64,000 bases of DNA from NCBI GenBank assembly GCA_965645245.1, contig OZ287067.1:1488001-1552000 (forward strand). The letters are read 5' to 3'. The stretch's first letter is position 1, and each line of letters starts with the position of its first letter. The position numbers and the translations under genes were made by a program. The notes below the pieces were generated by a model. That model did not search any database, was not told the origin of the DNA, and saw nothing but the letters and a program-made list of their open reading frames with translations. This document shows positions 51,800-64,000 of this stretch, piece by piece. Origin of the DNA: Massalongia carnosa. Taxonomy: Eukaryota.

Positions 51800-54700
51800 A
51801 TGGTCTTCGAGCCCCCTTTCTCCTTTTGATCGGACCATTAGTACTGAAGTTGATCAGGTGCTATTCAAACGGAAGCCTGTCCAATATGTTTCCAAAGCCC
51901 CCATTCATGAAGACCAAGAAGTACCATCAGCCCAACGACCAAGCACTCATGATCATCATGCTGACTCGTTCTGCAAGGTGTGGCAAATTGAAGCCACCGA
52001 CGAGGTCTTCACTAATTATGATGCGTATTTGCAAAGGTATGTTGGGGCGGTTTCCCCGCTAATGGACTTATGTAGTCTAGGGCTAATTCCACCAGGATGG
52101 ATTTCTACAAGCAAGTTCGTGCTTCACGCTTCGCTCCATCCCTCCCTTGGTTTCACCTCCTAACCCAATGTCTAGAAACGTTTTATTTGTGAAATCACTG
52201 GGCATTCCGGACTCAGCTTCTTTGATGCTTTGAGAAGCGAAGTAAGTTTTGCCTTTTCCCATCTCATGTACGTCTTGCCAGCCGCTCAAGGGTGCGTTCT
52301 AATATCCTTCTGTTTAGATGGAAGCTTCCGACGAAGTCGACGATGCCTTCCCTGACGCATTGAGGGAGCCTATCCTCAGGAAGGTGCAGTTCTCAACAAT
52401 ATCAAGAGTAGACAATCTAGGTGAGAATCTGTAATCTTCATGTTTTGTGCATGGGAAACTGATGTAAACTCTCTTAGTTGATCATGTTTTCGAGGTGCAA
52501 GGTTTCTGATGTGTTGTCACTGAAAGTATTGTTAACCATGTTGCAGGAGTTCAAACAAGACTTTTATCCTGGTGAAAGTGTCACGGTGATACTTGACAAT
52601 GGCGACCGACTTAGTGGACAGATTCGAGAAAAGACGAAATTCCCGGAACTAATTAAGACCGATGGGAGCATGGAACGCAAAGCCTTTGCTCGATACTTCG
52701 TTTGTCTGACCAACCGGCCAAGCGAAGAAGCTCTTGTCGATGAAGAGCACATTGTTCGAGATCGAAAAACATTCACCAAGCAAAGGTTGCGCTCTTTTAT
52801 CAAAAACACTGTCACTCGAGAGCCATGGACAGGTGCACCATGGCTTGTGAAGCCTAAGATTGCACATGAATATCGAATTAATACTGAGATCCCAAATCAT
52901 CTCAAGCATGACATTCAGATATTGCAAAGAAAGCATAACTTATCTTCAAAGAAAAGTGAACATGACGGCGCCGTCCTAAACTTCATCTCACCACAGGGAC
53001 GGTTGCCTCCTCTGAAGCCAAAGGGAAACAAAAACAAGAGTGCCACTCAAGACTCAGCACGATTGAAGCAAGAGCAGTTCACTGAGTATCAACGTGCATT
53101 GGCTGAAAATCCTGCCTTTGCCAAAATCCAGCAGACCACTCGACCGCAGCCGTTCACTCAGTTTGCAAATGAACATCTTATCCTCCCTCCATCTAACGGG
53201 TTCCCCCCAACTACTGCAAAAGGTCAACTAAAACCACCACTGCCACCCCCGCCCCCGCCCCCGCCCCCGCCCCCGAAATACCCCATTGAAGACCTTGAGA
53301 TACCGCCCGCTCGTGACGGAAATCATCGCCCTTTGCTAAAGTATCTCTCTCAAGATACCCCTACTATCAATCAAGTGTCTGAAGGAGCCGGAAGTGGTAT
53401 TCTTATGGAATCGGTTGGTCCTCTTCTGGAGACTTGGGACACTTTGAATGTCTATTGCGAAATCTACGAGCTTGACTCCTTTACATTCGATGACTACATC
53501 GAGGCTTTGCAGTTTTCCTCGGAGGAAGTTCAATGTGAGCTTCTCGTAGAGATCCATTGTGCGGTGCTCAAAAGGCTTGTCAATGATACAAACGACAAGA
53601 ATGGCCAGGTTCAGGTTGCGCTGCCCGATCTCGCGGTGTCGGAGAGCGAAGCCGGGTCCAAGGCCAATAGTTCACATCCTACACCCACACCGGAGCCGGA
53701 TTTCAAACGAACAACCCGCAGTAGCTTCGCAAAGTCGGAAGCTGCGGAACTTCTTGCATCTGAAAAAGCAAAAAAATTACCTCCAGCGAATGCTAATCTT
53801 CATCGCGCTGCCGAAATTGATAAGTCGGTGCCGGGGTATGATTGGAAAACGCGACTCCGAAAACGGGACTTTGGAGATGGCAAATGGGTTGTGATTCTTG
53901 TTGGACTTTTAAATCAACTATCTGGCAATCCCCGCCTCCGAAAAACCTGTGATGAGATATTAGTTCGCTTGGCGCCTTTCGACCAGGAAGCTTCCCCAGC
54001 AACAGCTATGACTCAGTATAGGAGTCTCGATATAAATTTACGTGTCAAAGCCCTCCAGATTATTTGCATGCTTTCTCTGGAGACCAAGGCCATCCGAGGA
54101 TATATGGAAGAGTGTAGCATATTAATGACAGAGCATCGTAAGGAGAAGATCGAAGCTCAGCGAAACCGTAAAGCAGCGTAAGCAGTCTGCAGTCCCTTAA
54201 GTAGACAGATATATAATGATTTTGTAGCATGGAAGAGCTTCGACTGCTCCATGAAGAGCGTAAACTTCTTCAGCCAGATAATACTTCAGCGTCACCCCAA
54301 CCAGAGCCCGAAGAATTGATAAACTCAAAAATGGACATCGAGGAAGACGATGATGGGGGCCACGACGTAGCCGTGGCTACCGATGATGAAGAGCCTCATC
54401 AGGGGCGATCTCTCCGCCGTGCGAATGACAGAGCGCTACAACGGAAGAAGAGGCAGGAGGAAGAAAAAGAGAGAAAAATTAAAGCCACGACCGAGAAGGC
54501 AAAGAAGCCCACAAAACAAGTTAAACAATACGAAAAGCTCCTGAAAAAAATAGAAGACGTGAAGGATACGATACGACGGCATGAGGATAATATCCTTACA
54601 ATTGAGAACGACCTACGAGAAACCGATTGCCCCCGGACTAGGGTTCTAGGCAAGGATCGTTTCTGGAACCGATATTATTGGATGGAACGCAACGCGATGC

Positions 54701-55344
54701 CATACGCGGGTCTTCCCACCAGTTCAACAGCTCATGCTGGCTACGCCAACGGATGTATCTGGGTGCAGGGACCTGATGATATTGAGAGACAAGGCTTCAT
54801 AGAGCTTTCAGAAATCGAGAATATGCAATATCGACGAGCATTTCATATGGGAGTCCCGGAGCGCAAGATGTTAGAAGAAGGGTCTACACACGTTTTTTCT
54901 GCCCGACAATGGGGCTACTATGATGACCCGGATCAGCTGGACAAGCTCATCGGCTGGCTCGACCCTCGTGGTGTGCGGGAAATAAAATTACGCAAAGAGC
55001 TTCAGGCTCAGCGGGAAAAGATTAGCACTCATATGGTAAAACGTAAGGAGTATTTAGAGACTAACGACGATAAAAGTTCCGAAGCGGGCGAGCCCCTCAC
55101 TAGAATATCGACCCGCACCAAAACCTACATCGATCCAACGGGACACCGATGTCTGGCGTGGCGGAACTCTTTGGCTATCAAAGAGCATGGCCATCTCCAT
55201 TCGGAGCCCAAGCCACCCTCGTACAACAAGAAACGACCTACGCAAACTTCTAAGAAAACTGTTGAAGAAGAAGGGCGGCAGACTCGGGCGACAAACCGCA
55301 CTGGCAGGCCACTTACCCGGCAGGGGACGCGATACGATTTCTGA
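51800..55344 (+). CDS. ITC1: ISW2 complex subunit Itc1 (WAC, DDT, WHIM/WSD domains), 9 exons
   Basis: M|VLFKRKPVQY...RMDFYKQKRFICEITGHSGLSFFDAL (WAC), LLETWDTLNVYCEIYELDSFTFDDY (DDT), LGKDRFWNRYYW and WLDPRGVRE (WSD). Confidence 0.92.
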
Positions 55345-56264
55345 ACCATCTGAGCCGAGGGATATTCATCTTTGCTCATTGTAATTCTGGACTCGGCTTG
55401 AGATTCCTTGGGTTCTATTACCTTTAGCTTCGGCACGCAGGACGACTGACATTTTAGCTTGACGAGTCATGATCACATGATTTCTGCATATCACTTGGGA
55501 GGGTAGGCAAGTGGTGATGCCTGGAGGATGTTGGCGTCGCTCCACAAGGGTGTTTGGAGGCTCTGCCTATATCGGGGCACACATGGATAGGTAGGCATTG
55601 GTAATATTTGGTGGCTGTTCTAGTCTGTGGCGTTTATTAAATCCTGCAATCAATACGGAGGTAAATAGAAAGATCATTCGTTGCAACAAGGTTGGGAGAG
55701 AAAAAGGGGGGTTTTCTGGAAATGTAATCTAGTCTGCTCTATTACTTTAGAAACCGCGCAGAAAAAAAATGCATATTTATGCTGTATACAAGCTCTACTT
55801 TAGATATTGTCTCGCGCAAGAATAGAGTAAAATGATCTCTTGAGTTTGAAGGACAGGCTAAGAAATCTCAATACCACACTAGGTGTTTCAGAAAATGGGT
55901 TTGAGACGAATAAAATGTGTCCGTGTAGTCTAAACTTCATCAAGAGAATTTAAACTATAATCTAAACAAATAAATAATCATTGATCCAGAGAAGGACGTC
56001 TGGAGTCGATAAACAGTCAATGTCTTTGTGAAAAACTCTTCATTTTTTGAACAAGTTTTTACTAGTATAGAAACAGTCACGTGAGTGGGCAAGAATATCT
56101 AGGTTTGCCAAACTAGGTTAGATTTTACTGATACTCGCCCGTAGTTTTGCCGGCAGAACCTTCATTGTTAATATGATTTTGTCCTTGTTCAATTCATGAA
56201 GTTCTGACGATGTTTGAATACGCCCCATAACCTAAAAGTTTGTGCCAAATATAGCCATCGTAAC

Positions 56265-57989
56265 ATGGCTTCTGATGATCCTAGCCGGAGGGGTACTTCT
56301 TTCCATTAGGATTTTTAGGAAAATGCTTACTCGTCTCGTCATAGCATCCGCAGCCTCCAGCTCGGAAATAAGTCAAGTGGACCCGAATATTATCCCAAAG
56401 AGCTTCTCTAAAGATGAAAAGCTGTCCGGAAAGTTCAAGGTAAAGAAGGCGCTTCCTAAGCCCTCCAAACTGAAGGAGGGAGAGAGCAACGGTACACCCA
56501 GGCGCCCACCACCCCTCGTTACAGACGTGATCCTGATTGTAGCGACTCAGATGGAAAACTTGGCATTTTCAGTCGAAGCGGCTCTCCAGACTCGCAGCTC
56601 ATGAATGATATCAATGCGGAATCTAAAGCAATCATTCCCAACAGCCGGCCTGCGGAGGATAATGCGGATCTGATCCAGTGCAAGCATTGTAAGAAGCCGA
56701 TGAATTCGGTGGAAAAATCAGTCGCAGAATCTCACGTCAAAATTTGCCTACAGAAAAAACAAGACCGAGCCCGTAAGAAGAAAGAAGCCAAGGAGGCCAA
56801 AGCTAGGGATGCCAAAGAAAAGTCCGAGGCAAAGGATAAAGAAGGAGACACTCAAATGGAAGATGCGGCAGCAGCAACGACTCTTCGAGGCGGGCAAGAG
56901 GCTGCGGATGAGACCAGCACCCTTGCGGACGGCACCACCTCAAAATCGGCCAAGAAAAGCATCACCAAAGAGACAGGGGATACGCCCAAAAAGAGCAAGA
57001 AGCGTAAAGCGGACGGCGAAGGCGGGGACAAGGAGCCAAAGAAGAAGAAAGCGAAAAAGGACGAACCGCCGAAGCCGAAGGTGCCCAAACCCAAGGGCCC
57101 CGTAGACGTGGAGAAGCAGTGCGGGGTCCAGCTGCCCAACGGCGGCAACTGCGCCAGGAGCTTGACGTGCAAGAGCCATTCCATGGGCGCGAAACGGAGC
57201 GTGCCGGGCAGAAGTTTACCCTACGACATCCTCCTCGGGAATTATCAGAAAAAAAACCAGGCTAAACAGCAAAGTAAGGCCTTATTTATCTCGTTCTCCC
57301 ACCCAAAACTTCCTCAATTCCTTATCCCCTCTTGAATCCCTTCCCCTTCTCATATGGCTCCCTATAACTACCTCCAAAATCTTACCCCTTTCCCCCTTAT
57401 CAAAACACACCCCCGTTCTAACTCTTGTCTAACCTTGCTGCAAAACAAAGAAGCAGCAATGGACGCCAACGCCCCCCTCCCCGAAGACCTTGATCCCTCG
57501 CACGGCGGCCCCATTGACTCGGACGAGGAAAAAGACGCCGTCATGGCCGCCATATCGCGCTCCCGCCCCCAACCCTTGGCGCAGCACGTCTTCATTCCCA
57601 CGCGCTGCAAATACGGGACCGTGCGCATGAGGGATATGCTTGGGAATGCGCTGGGAGGAAGGAATAGTATTTTCGGCAGTGCTACTGCTGCTAACGCTAC
57701 TGCTAGTACCGGTGCAGGAGCCAGTACTACCGTAACAGCAAACAGCTTCGCCCAGTCCTCCTCTTCAGTAGGTGCCGAGGGTGCGCAGGCACCTGGGAGT
57801 GCAGGACCATGGGGCGACGAAGGGAGGAGAGCAACTGGGCCTACGATGCAGGGGAGTAGCACTGCTGCTGCTGCTGCTACGGGGGGTATTGGTGGTGGTG
57901 GTGGGGCGCAAAGGATTGCTCCACCTGCTGGCACCGCGACCTTGGACCGAAAGCCAGCCGTTAATGGAGCCGTGGCTGGTGTTGCGTAA
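56265..57989 (+). CDS. SGF73: SAGA deubiquitination-module subunit Sgf73/ataxin-7 (4 exons)
   Basis: Zinc finger CKHCKK...HVKIC and SCA7 domain GPVDVEKQCGVQLPNGGNCARSLTCKSHSMGAKRSVPGRSLPYD. Confidence 0.93.
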
Positions 57990-58262
57990 AGAGGTTTGAG
58001 GGCCTTTGGATTCAGTGTTGGACGTTTGACGAAGGGCGCATATTATTTTTCGGGCTAGGCTAGGCTAGGAGGCGTGTCAGAGGCATGTTCGCTGGCTTTT
58101 GACTTTCGTTCTTTCATTCATCATCCCGTAGCATTTACTCTATGGATGGATGGGTTTACACTGCTGCTATCTCTACCTACCTACCTACCTACTTTTCCTG
58201 TCTAGACATGCGTATTGATCGATACTCCTGACCTCTGCAGGTTCTTGTCCCTCTTCAAGTAT

Positions 58263-58349
58263 GAAGAAGAAGAAGGAGAAGTAGAAGAAGAAGAAGAAGA
58301 AGAAGAAGAAGAAGAAGAAGAAGAAGAAGAAGAAGAAGAAGAAGAAGAA
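58263..58349. repeat. (GAA)n microsatellite
   Basis: Directly visible between the convergent SGF73 and DED81 genes. Confidence 0.97.
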
Positions 58350-58545
58350 AAAGAAAAAGTAAACAGAAATCAGGAGAGAGGAAGAGAGCTCTTTGTTCCT
58401 ATCTATGTATCTACAAAACGCAAGCTGGGCCGAGCCAGGAAACGTGTCTAAACTGTGCGCAAATGAAATCGATTTCGGGAGGGGTATCCTGTCTAAAAAA
58501 TTTTCTATTCCGTTCCGTTCCGTTCCATGGACCTAGATAGGTAGA

Positions 58546-60391
58546 CTACGGGGTGCAGCGGCCCGTGAACCGCGGGTAGAGGCAGCATTCGCGCACTGTG
58601 TAGCGGCCGCACAGCCAGGCGAGGAAACGCTCGAGACCAAGGCCATAGCCGCCGTGGGGGGAGGTGCCATATCTGTTTTTAAAGGAAGGGGGGGAAGGGC
58701 GGTTAGCTTGGGGGCGGGAGGGAGAGGGAAAGGGGAAGAAAGACTCACTTCCTCTGATCCGTGTACCAGTAATAGGGCGCCGGATCGATGCCTTCCCGAC
58801 GATATCCCGCGAGCAATTCGTCGTAGTCGTCCATGCGCATGCTACCGCCCACGATTTCGCCCACGCCGGGCATGAGACAATCGACGCTTTCGGTGACACG
58901 GGCATCAGCGGCGTCCTTGCGCATGTAAAAGGCCTTGATCTCAACGGGGAAGTGGGTGAGGAAGATGGGCCGGTTGATGACGTCGGTCATCTTGCGTTCG
59001 GCGGCCTCGGCGATGTCGTCACCGAACTCGTGCGGCTGCCCGGCCTCGTTGAGGATGTCATGCTCGCGCAGCCAGACGATGGCGTCGGCGTATTTCATGC
59101 GTAGAAAGGGGCGCTCGGGGCGCTGGAAGCCCGGGTGGAGGTCGTGCACGAGTTGCTGAATGTGCGGGTTAGCGAGGGCGTGGTCGATGACGGTGCACAT
59201 AACAAGTTCGAGGTGGACGAGCAGGTCCTCGAAGGTGATGAAGTCGAGCTCGGCTTCAATGTGTGTATATTCGGACAGGTGACGGCGGGTGAGCGATTTC
59301 TCGGCGCGGAAGGAGGGCGCGACGCAGAAGACGTTGCCGAGCGAGGGGAGGCAGGTTTCGAGGTAGAGCTGCGACGATTGCGTCAGATACGCCTTTTCGC
59401 CGTAGTAATCGAAGGCGAAGAGCGTGGCACCGCCTTCAACTTGCGTTTGCACCATGCAGGGTGGCGTCATTTCGAGACAGCTCGGTTTGAGCTCGTCGTA
59501 CGTTTTCCGAAAGGCACGGAGGACTGCGGCGCGAACTTTTATGACGGAGGAAGAGATTTCGCCGCGGAGTACAAGATGGCGGTTGTCATAGAGGGTTTGC
59601 GGGTCTGCGTCTGGAGCGACGCGGGTGGTGATGGCTTCTTTGTCGCCGGCCGCTTTGCCAACGATCTCGAAGTAGTCGGCGTGGAGTTCTCGGTCGTCAG
59701 GGGCATGCTGCTTTGGTGGTACCTCCCACATCTCACCATATATTTCCATTGAAGTCTCCAAAGTCAATGTCATGGCATCGTAGGTTTTGATAAGATCACC
59801 GGTGAAGACACATTGGAGAAACCCATAGCCATCCTGGAGCGTGACGAATATGACATCCTTTTGGGCTCGTAATCTGTGTATACGCCCGGTGACTCGTACT
59901 CTAGTCCCCCAGCCCCCGCTTTGGTCAACGTTTTCTTCGCTCTTACCGCTCCTTAGCTTTACCACTTTGGGGTCTTTCTCATTGAGCATGATCTTCGTAG
60001 CTTCTGGAAGGCTTGAGTCTTGCGAGATCTTAACCTTCTTTGCCTCTTCTAAGATTTGTTGCCGTTGATCTGCTTCTTTCTTCTCCCGGATCGCCAGGTC
60101 CTCGCCTTTTGCGAGTTTTCTCTTGTACTGTTCATACAGATTCCCTGCCTTCTTGAGCGCTGATTTAGTCGCTGGCTTCCACTCCTGATGTCCCGTTGAG
60201 TCCACATCTTCCACCACAGTTGCTGTTTCCGATTTTCGTATCAAGTACTGCGGGCTATCGGGCTGGCCTGGGGGATGTTGAATATGGGCGAAAAGTAATG
60301 ACTTGTAGGGTGATTCTTCGATGCCACTGGCTGAAGAATCATCTTTGCCTACATCCTCATCAATATAAACGCTCTTCTTTGAATCGGACAT
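58546..60391 (-). CDS. DED81: Cytosolic asparaginyl-tRNA synthetase (2 exons)
   Basis: OB fold, [12 protein letters not shown], motif 2 [29 protein letters not shown], motif 3 [12 protein letters not shown]...[10 protein letters not shown]. Confidence 0.96.
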
Positions 60392-60451
60392 TCTGTGACG
60401 CTTCAATTGGTTGTTTTGGCGCGGATGATCTCCTTTTCGAGGCCTTTAGTC

Positions 60452-60475
60452 TGACTCACGGTTATCATCACGTGA
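60452..60475. promoter_or_regulatory. Gcn4/CpcA site (TGACTCA) plus E-box (TCACGTGA) in the 237-bp DED81/GT69 divergent promoter
   Basis: Exact motifs 60-85 bp upstream of the tRNA synthetase ATG; aminoacyl-tRNA synthetases are classic cross-pathway control targets. Confidence 0.6.
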
Positions 60476-60628
60476 ATATGTATCGATAAGTGTAATTTAT
60501 TCCTCAGGCTAATAATAGTCCGATCTCTAATATTACGAAACCATTGCCATCAAATTCATCTCCTCTTTCTTCTGTTCCCTTTTCTCAAGGTTTCAGCTGT
60601 TCCTTGCCCGTGGCCATTATGATTCGGC

Positions 60629-62257
60629 ATGCCACCCCGCCTTCTTCACCCCGATCACTATGAACTTCTCGAGCGCAATTCTTCCGACTTGGATGGCACC
60701 GACTTCCAATCCCAGAGGCCATCTAGCACATCTTACGTCTACAACCGACCACTCTCTTTCCCCAAATTCCTCCTTCAGTTTATTTTTCTGCGCCTGAAGG
60801 CTGCTTTTGATCATAATCGCTTCCGAAAAAGATATATAAATAAACCGAGAAATCGACGTCAAAGCTTTGTCAAAACTTCCCGCCGAATATGCTGCCCTTT
60901 GATCGGAATTTTGGTTTTCATCTATGTCTTTGCCTTCTTACTAGCAATTTTTAGGCCATCTTACACCAAACAGCCAACGCATTATCAACTCTTGGAATCT
61001 CAAATCCTTCAATCAAAAAGGAATGGACGAGGAAATCCGGAGAATTTAAAAATTTTCATTGCTGCTAGCATATACGACAAGGGTGGCCGCCTGGTGAAAG
61101 GCAACTGGGGCAAAGCCCTTCTGCAACTCATTGACTTATTAGGCAACGACAACGTCTTTCTAAGCATCTACGAAAACGATGGTGGTCCTGACGCTCAAGC
61201 AGCCCTTGAAGAGTTCAAAGGCAAAGTACAATGTGCACACAGCCTGGTGTTTGAAGAACACTTGCCTCTTATTAACATATCTCATATCACCTTATCCGAC
61301 GGCTCTGAGCGAGTAAAACGAATCGCCTATCTAGCAGAGGTTCGTAACAGAGCTTTGCGCCCATTAGATGAGGCTACAGATGTGAAATTCGATCGCATCC
61401 TATTTTTCAATGACGTTGTATTTGACCCGATAGATGCTGTCCAACTTCTATTTTCAACCCACGCAAATGATCACGGCAAGGCTGACTATCTTGCCGCTTG
61501 CGCTGTTGATTTCATTAATCCCTTCAAATTTTATGACACGTTTGCTACTCGAGACTTAGAAGGCTATAGTATGGGCGTTCCATTCTTTCCATGGTTTTCG
61601 AGTGCTGGAAAAGGGATCAGCAGGCACGATGTGTTAGATGGGACAGATGCTGTGAGAGTCAAAAGCTGCTGGGGTGGGATGGTAGCTTTTGAGGCACATT
61701 TCTTCCAGGCTAGCATACCAACCAAAGATGTCATAATCGCTACGACTTTGAATCACGAGCGCGACATCATCAACTCATCAGAAGTCCTTTCGGGCGGGTT
61801 GCTTCGTTTTCGAGCTGAACCTGACTTGTATTGGGAGGCATCTGAGTGTTGCTTGATACACGCGGATTTATTACAGGCCAGCAAAGTGGTTAGGACATAC
61901 AAAGATGATGGAATATTCATGAATCCGTTCATTCGTGTTGCATACGACAACCGAACCTTTCGCTGGCTTCGATTTACACGCCGCTTCGAACGTCTCTATA
62001 CAACTCCGCACTACCTGATCAACCTTGTTGTTGGGCTTCCCTGGTTTAATCCTCGCCGTACCGAGCAGGAAGGGACAGAGATCAACGGAAAGGCATGGGT
62101 TCCTGATTCTGAATCGAACGCAGGCGGATCTTTTCAGGAGATGAGGCGAGTTGCCGGTAGTGGTGGTTATTGTGGGATGAGAGCATTACAAGTCATCAAA
62201 GAAAGGCCTCAAAACGGCGAAAAGAACTGGGAGACAATGCCGCTTCCACCAGGCTGA
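60629..62257 (+). CDS. GT69 (CAP59/CMT1-like) alpha-1,3-mannosyltransferase, type II membrane protein
   Basis: TM segment, then FLSIYEND, RIAYLAEVRNRALRPL, ILFFNDVVF, FYDTFATRD, VKSCWGGMVAF, EASECCLIHAD. Confidence 0.92.
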   Translation: MPPRLLHPDHYELLERNSSDLDGTDFQSQRPSSTSYVYNRPLSFPKFLLQFIFLRLKAAFDHNRFRKRYINKPRNRRQSFVKTSRRICCPLIGILVFIYVFAFLLAIFRPSYTKQPTHYQLLESQILQSKRNGRGNPENLKIFIAASIYDKGGRLVKGNWGKALLQLIDLLGNDNVFLSIYENDGGPDAQAALEEFKGKVQCAHSLVFEEHLPLINISHITLSDGSERVKRIAYLAEVRNRALRPLDEATDVKFDRILFFNDVVFDPIDAVQLLFSTHANDHGKADYLAACAVDFINPFKFYDTFATRDLEGYSMGVPFFPWFSSAGKGISRHDVLDGTDAVRVKSCWGGMVAFEAHFFQASIPTKDVIIATTLNHERDIINSSEVLSGGLLRFRAEPDLYWEASECCLIHADLLQASKVVRTYKDDGIFMNPFIRVAYDNRTFRWLRFTRRFERLYTTPHYLINLVVGLPWFNPRRTEQEGTEINGKAWVPDSESNAGGSFQEMRRVAGSGGYCGMRALQVIKERPQNGEKNWETMPLPPG

Positions 62258-62586
62258 ATATATGTAACAGTTTTTGCATTTTGTCATGCATGCCCCATAT
62301 ACCCTTTGAGATATCCGAGTTTTGGAGTTGCAGTTGGACAATATGAGTTGGATGGAAACTTGGTAGCTAAAGGAGTACAAGAACAGTTGTTTGGTCATCT
62401 AGTGCAGTGTATTTCTTTGAGAGTCTTCATTTTATGACTGATTTGTTGAGCTGATGAAAGATGGAGTCATGCAGCGTTCAAAGGTGTTAGGCACGCAAAC
62501 CGTTCCCCTATCTCCTTAGCTTCCTCATTACTGCCTTAGGGTTAGATGCCCACAAACATTACGTGAATCAATATTTACATCCACAT

Positions 62587-62698
62587 CACCATCACCATCA
62601 CCACCATCACCACCATCACCACCATCACCACCATCACCACCATCACCACCATCACCACCATCACCACCATCACCACCATCATCACCATCACCACCATC
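62587..62698. repeat. (CACCATCAC)n 9-bp minisatellite
   Basis: About 12 units, directly visible. Confidence 0.95.
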
Positions 62699-62990
62699 AA
62701 CATCATCAAAATCAACAATCAACACAACTACTACGTGGACTTACCTTCCGCTAGCTTCCGTCTTCCGTCTTTTACTTTCTTCATTTACTTCTAGCTAAAG
62801 CTAAAGACAACGGCTTTCTTCCGTCCTGCATTTTCCACCTTCACCCAGCACTTGGGCACATTTCCTGCAGCTCATCCATGTTGTATGCGTTTACAATCTA
62901 AAGCACTTTTCGGTTGAAGAATAATAGAGGTAACTATACCTTTGATCCTCTCGGTTACTATGCTAATCCCCGAAATCTTAGAATTAGACC

Positions 62991-64000
62991 ATGTCGGTCT
63001 CAAAGACACCAATACCTCTGGATGATGAGGAGACTATCAGACGTTTCACAGAAGAGATGAGACGAAAATCGGCTCCAACAGTTTCACATATACCTCCTCG
63101 CAAAGTCCAAGGATTTGCATGGCCTAATGAAGAGGGTTCCACGTTTTCTCATGTTGAGCACCGCGCTACGCAAACGGAGCCAGTTATGGTAATTGGACCA
63201 CCACCAGCCGATGGGATCTCTCATGCCAGTTCTGATAGACATGTATCATCAAGTTTGTCATCCAAATATCTTCTTGCCTCTATGGATCTTAGCTAAGGAG
63301 AATCACCTGCCAGGCCAATCAAAGCCAAAGACGGTTTTAGATCCAGTTTCTTCACAGAGCCCCAAACTCAGCGGGGTCCTCGCACCCCCATCGACGCCAG
63401 AAACTGTTCCAGATCTGAGTCGACTCGAAATCACCCAAATTATTGCCGATGCTTTTGATGGACTATCTTCTGAGACGACCTTTGGCCTAGGAGAATCCCG
63501 GTACGCACCGAAAAACTCGTCGCAGCTGAAAGGTCGTCAACCTGGGTTGCGGTCATCCACCGGCGCAAATGAGTACCTTTCTACCTTTGAACTTCAGGCT
63601 GCGAATTTCTCGCCCCCTACTACGGCAAATATATCGCCGCAACCTAGCTCAGGCGAATCTGCCAGCACTTCCCCGACAACAAAGGTCAAGCCACCACCTT
63701 CGCCAGTCCTCGGAAAGAGTGTCTTGAGCTCTCGTTGGGCCTGCCCTTCTACTATCAAAGCACCAGAACTTTCATCAGTCGGATGGGCAACATCCACCTC
63801 ATTTTCTCCGCTTCCCGGTCACGTTATCGGCAAGTCAAAGAAGATATCAGCACATACGGCAGCTGAGCCTGTACTTGTGGAAAATTTAAAGCCAAGATCA
63901 CAGGAGCAGTTCTCTGAGGCGCATCCTACAGAGCAGACGTGGTCTACTGACCAAATGCATCTTACAAAGCAAATGCAGTCTGGGAGGAGCCAGCTGACAG
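62991..64000 (+). CDS. Hypothetical Pro/Ser-rich protein, 5' part only, runs off the window
   Basis: ATG in ACCATG context after a pyrimidine-rich leader, a 101-aa first ORF, a probable intron near 63244-63298 and coding-like sequence beyond. Confidence 0.45.

Noticed and set aside
55680..56060. AT-rich stretch as a possible RIP-degraded TE
   Set aside because: No TIR, TSD or coding remnant seen; it fits ordinary terminator/promoter DNA.

Overview
Gene-dense window from a filamentous ascomycete (Pezizomycotina-type genes, short GT-AG introns with CTRAY branch points). Most of it is conserved housekeeping genes: RTR1, BBC1, EMC4, AP-2 beta, a DHA1 MFS transporter, UFE1, aspartate aminotransferase, a small HSP, DNA ligase I, a Pol mu-like X-family polymerase, a CBM48-like protein, IWR1, an EMP47-like lectin, ALG8, ITC1, SGF73, Asn-tRNA synthetase and a GT69 glycosyltransferase. 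There are two accessory islands. The first (about 17.0-24.5 kb) holds two multi-exon small secreted Cys-rich genes, one with two tandem 6-Cys modules. Next to them is a 4.1-kb Mutator/MULE element with 123-bp TIRs, an 8-bp TSD and a transposase broken by one stop codon, and it carries a nested, decayed Fot1/pogo element. The second (about 42-46.4 kb) holds microsatellites, Gypsy and probable MULE relics and an acidic orphan ORF. The most notable hidden signals are three candidate dual-targeting N-terminal extensions (PTS2-like on AAT, mitochondrial on the sHSP, non-AUG mitochondrial on ligase I) and a ligase PIP box rebuilt by either of two splice donors. GC-rich islands also recur at convergent gene junctions. 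All family calls come from motif recognition by eye; no searches were run, and exon boundaries were inferred manually.
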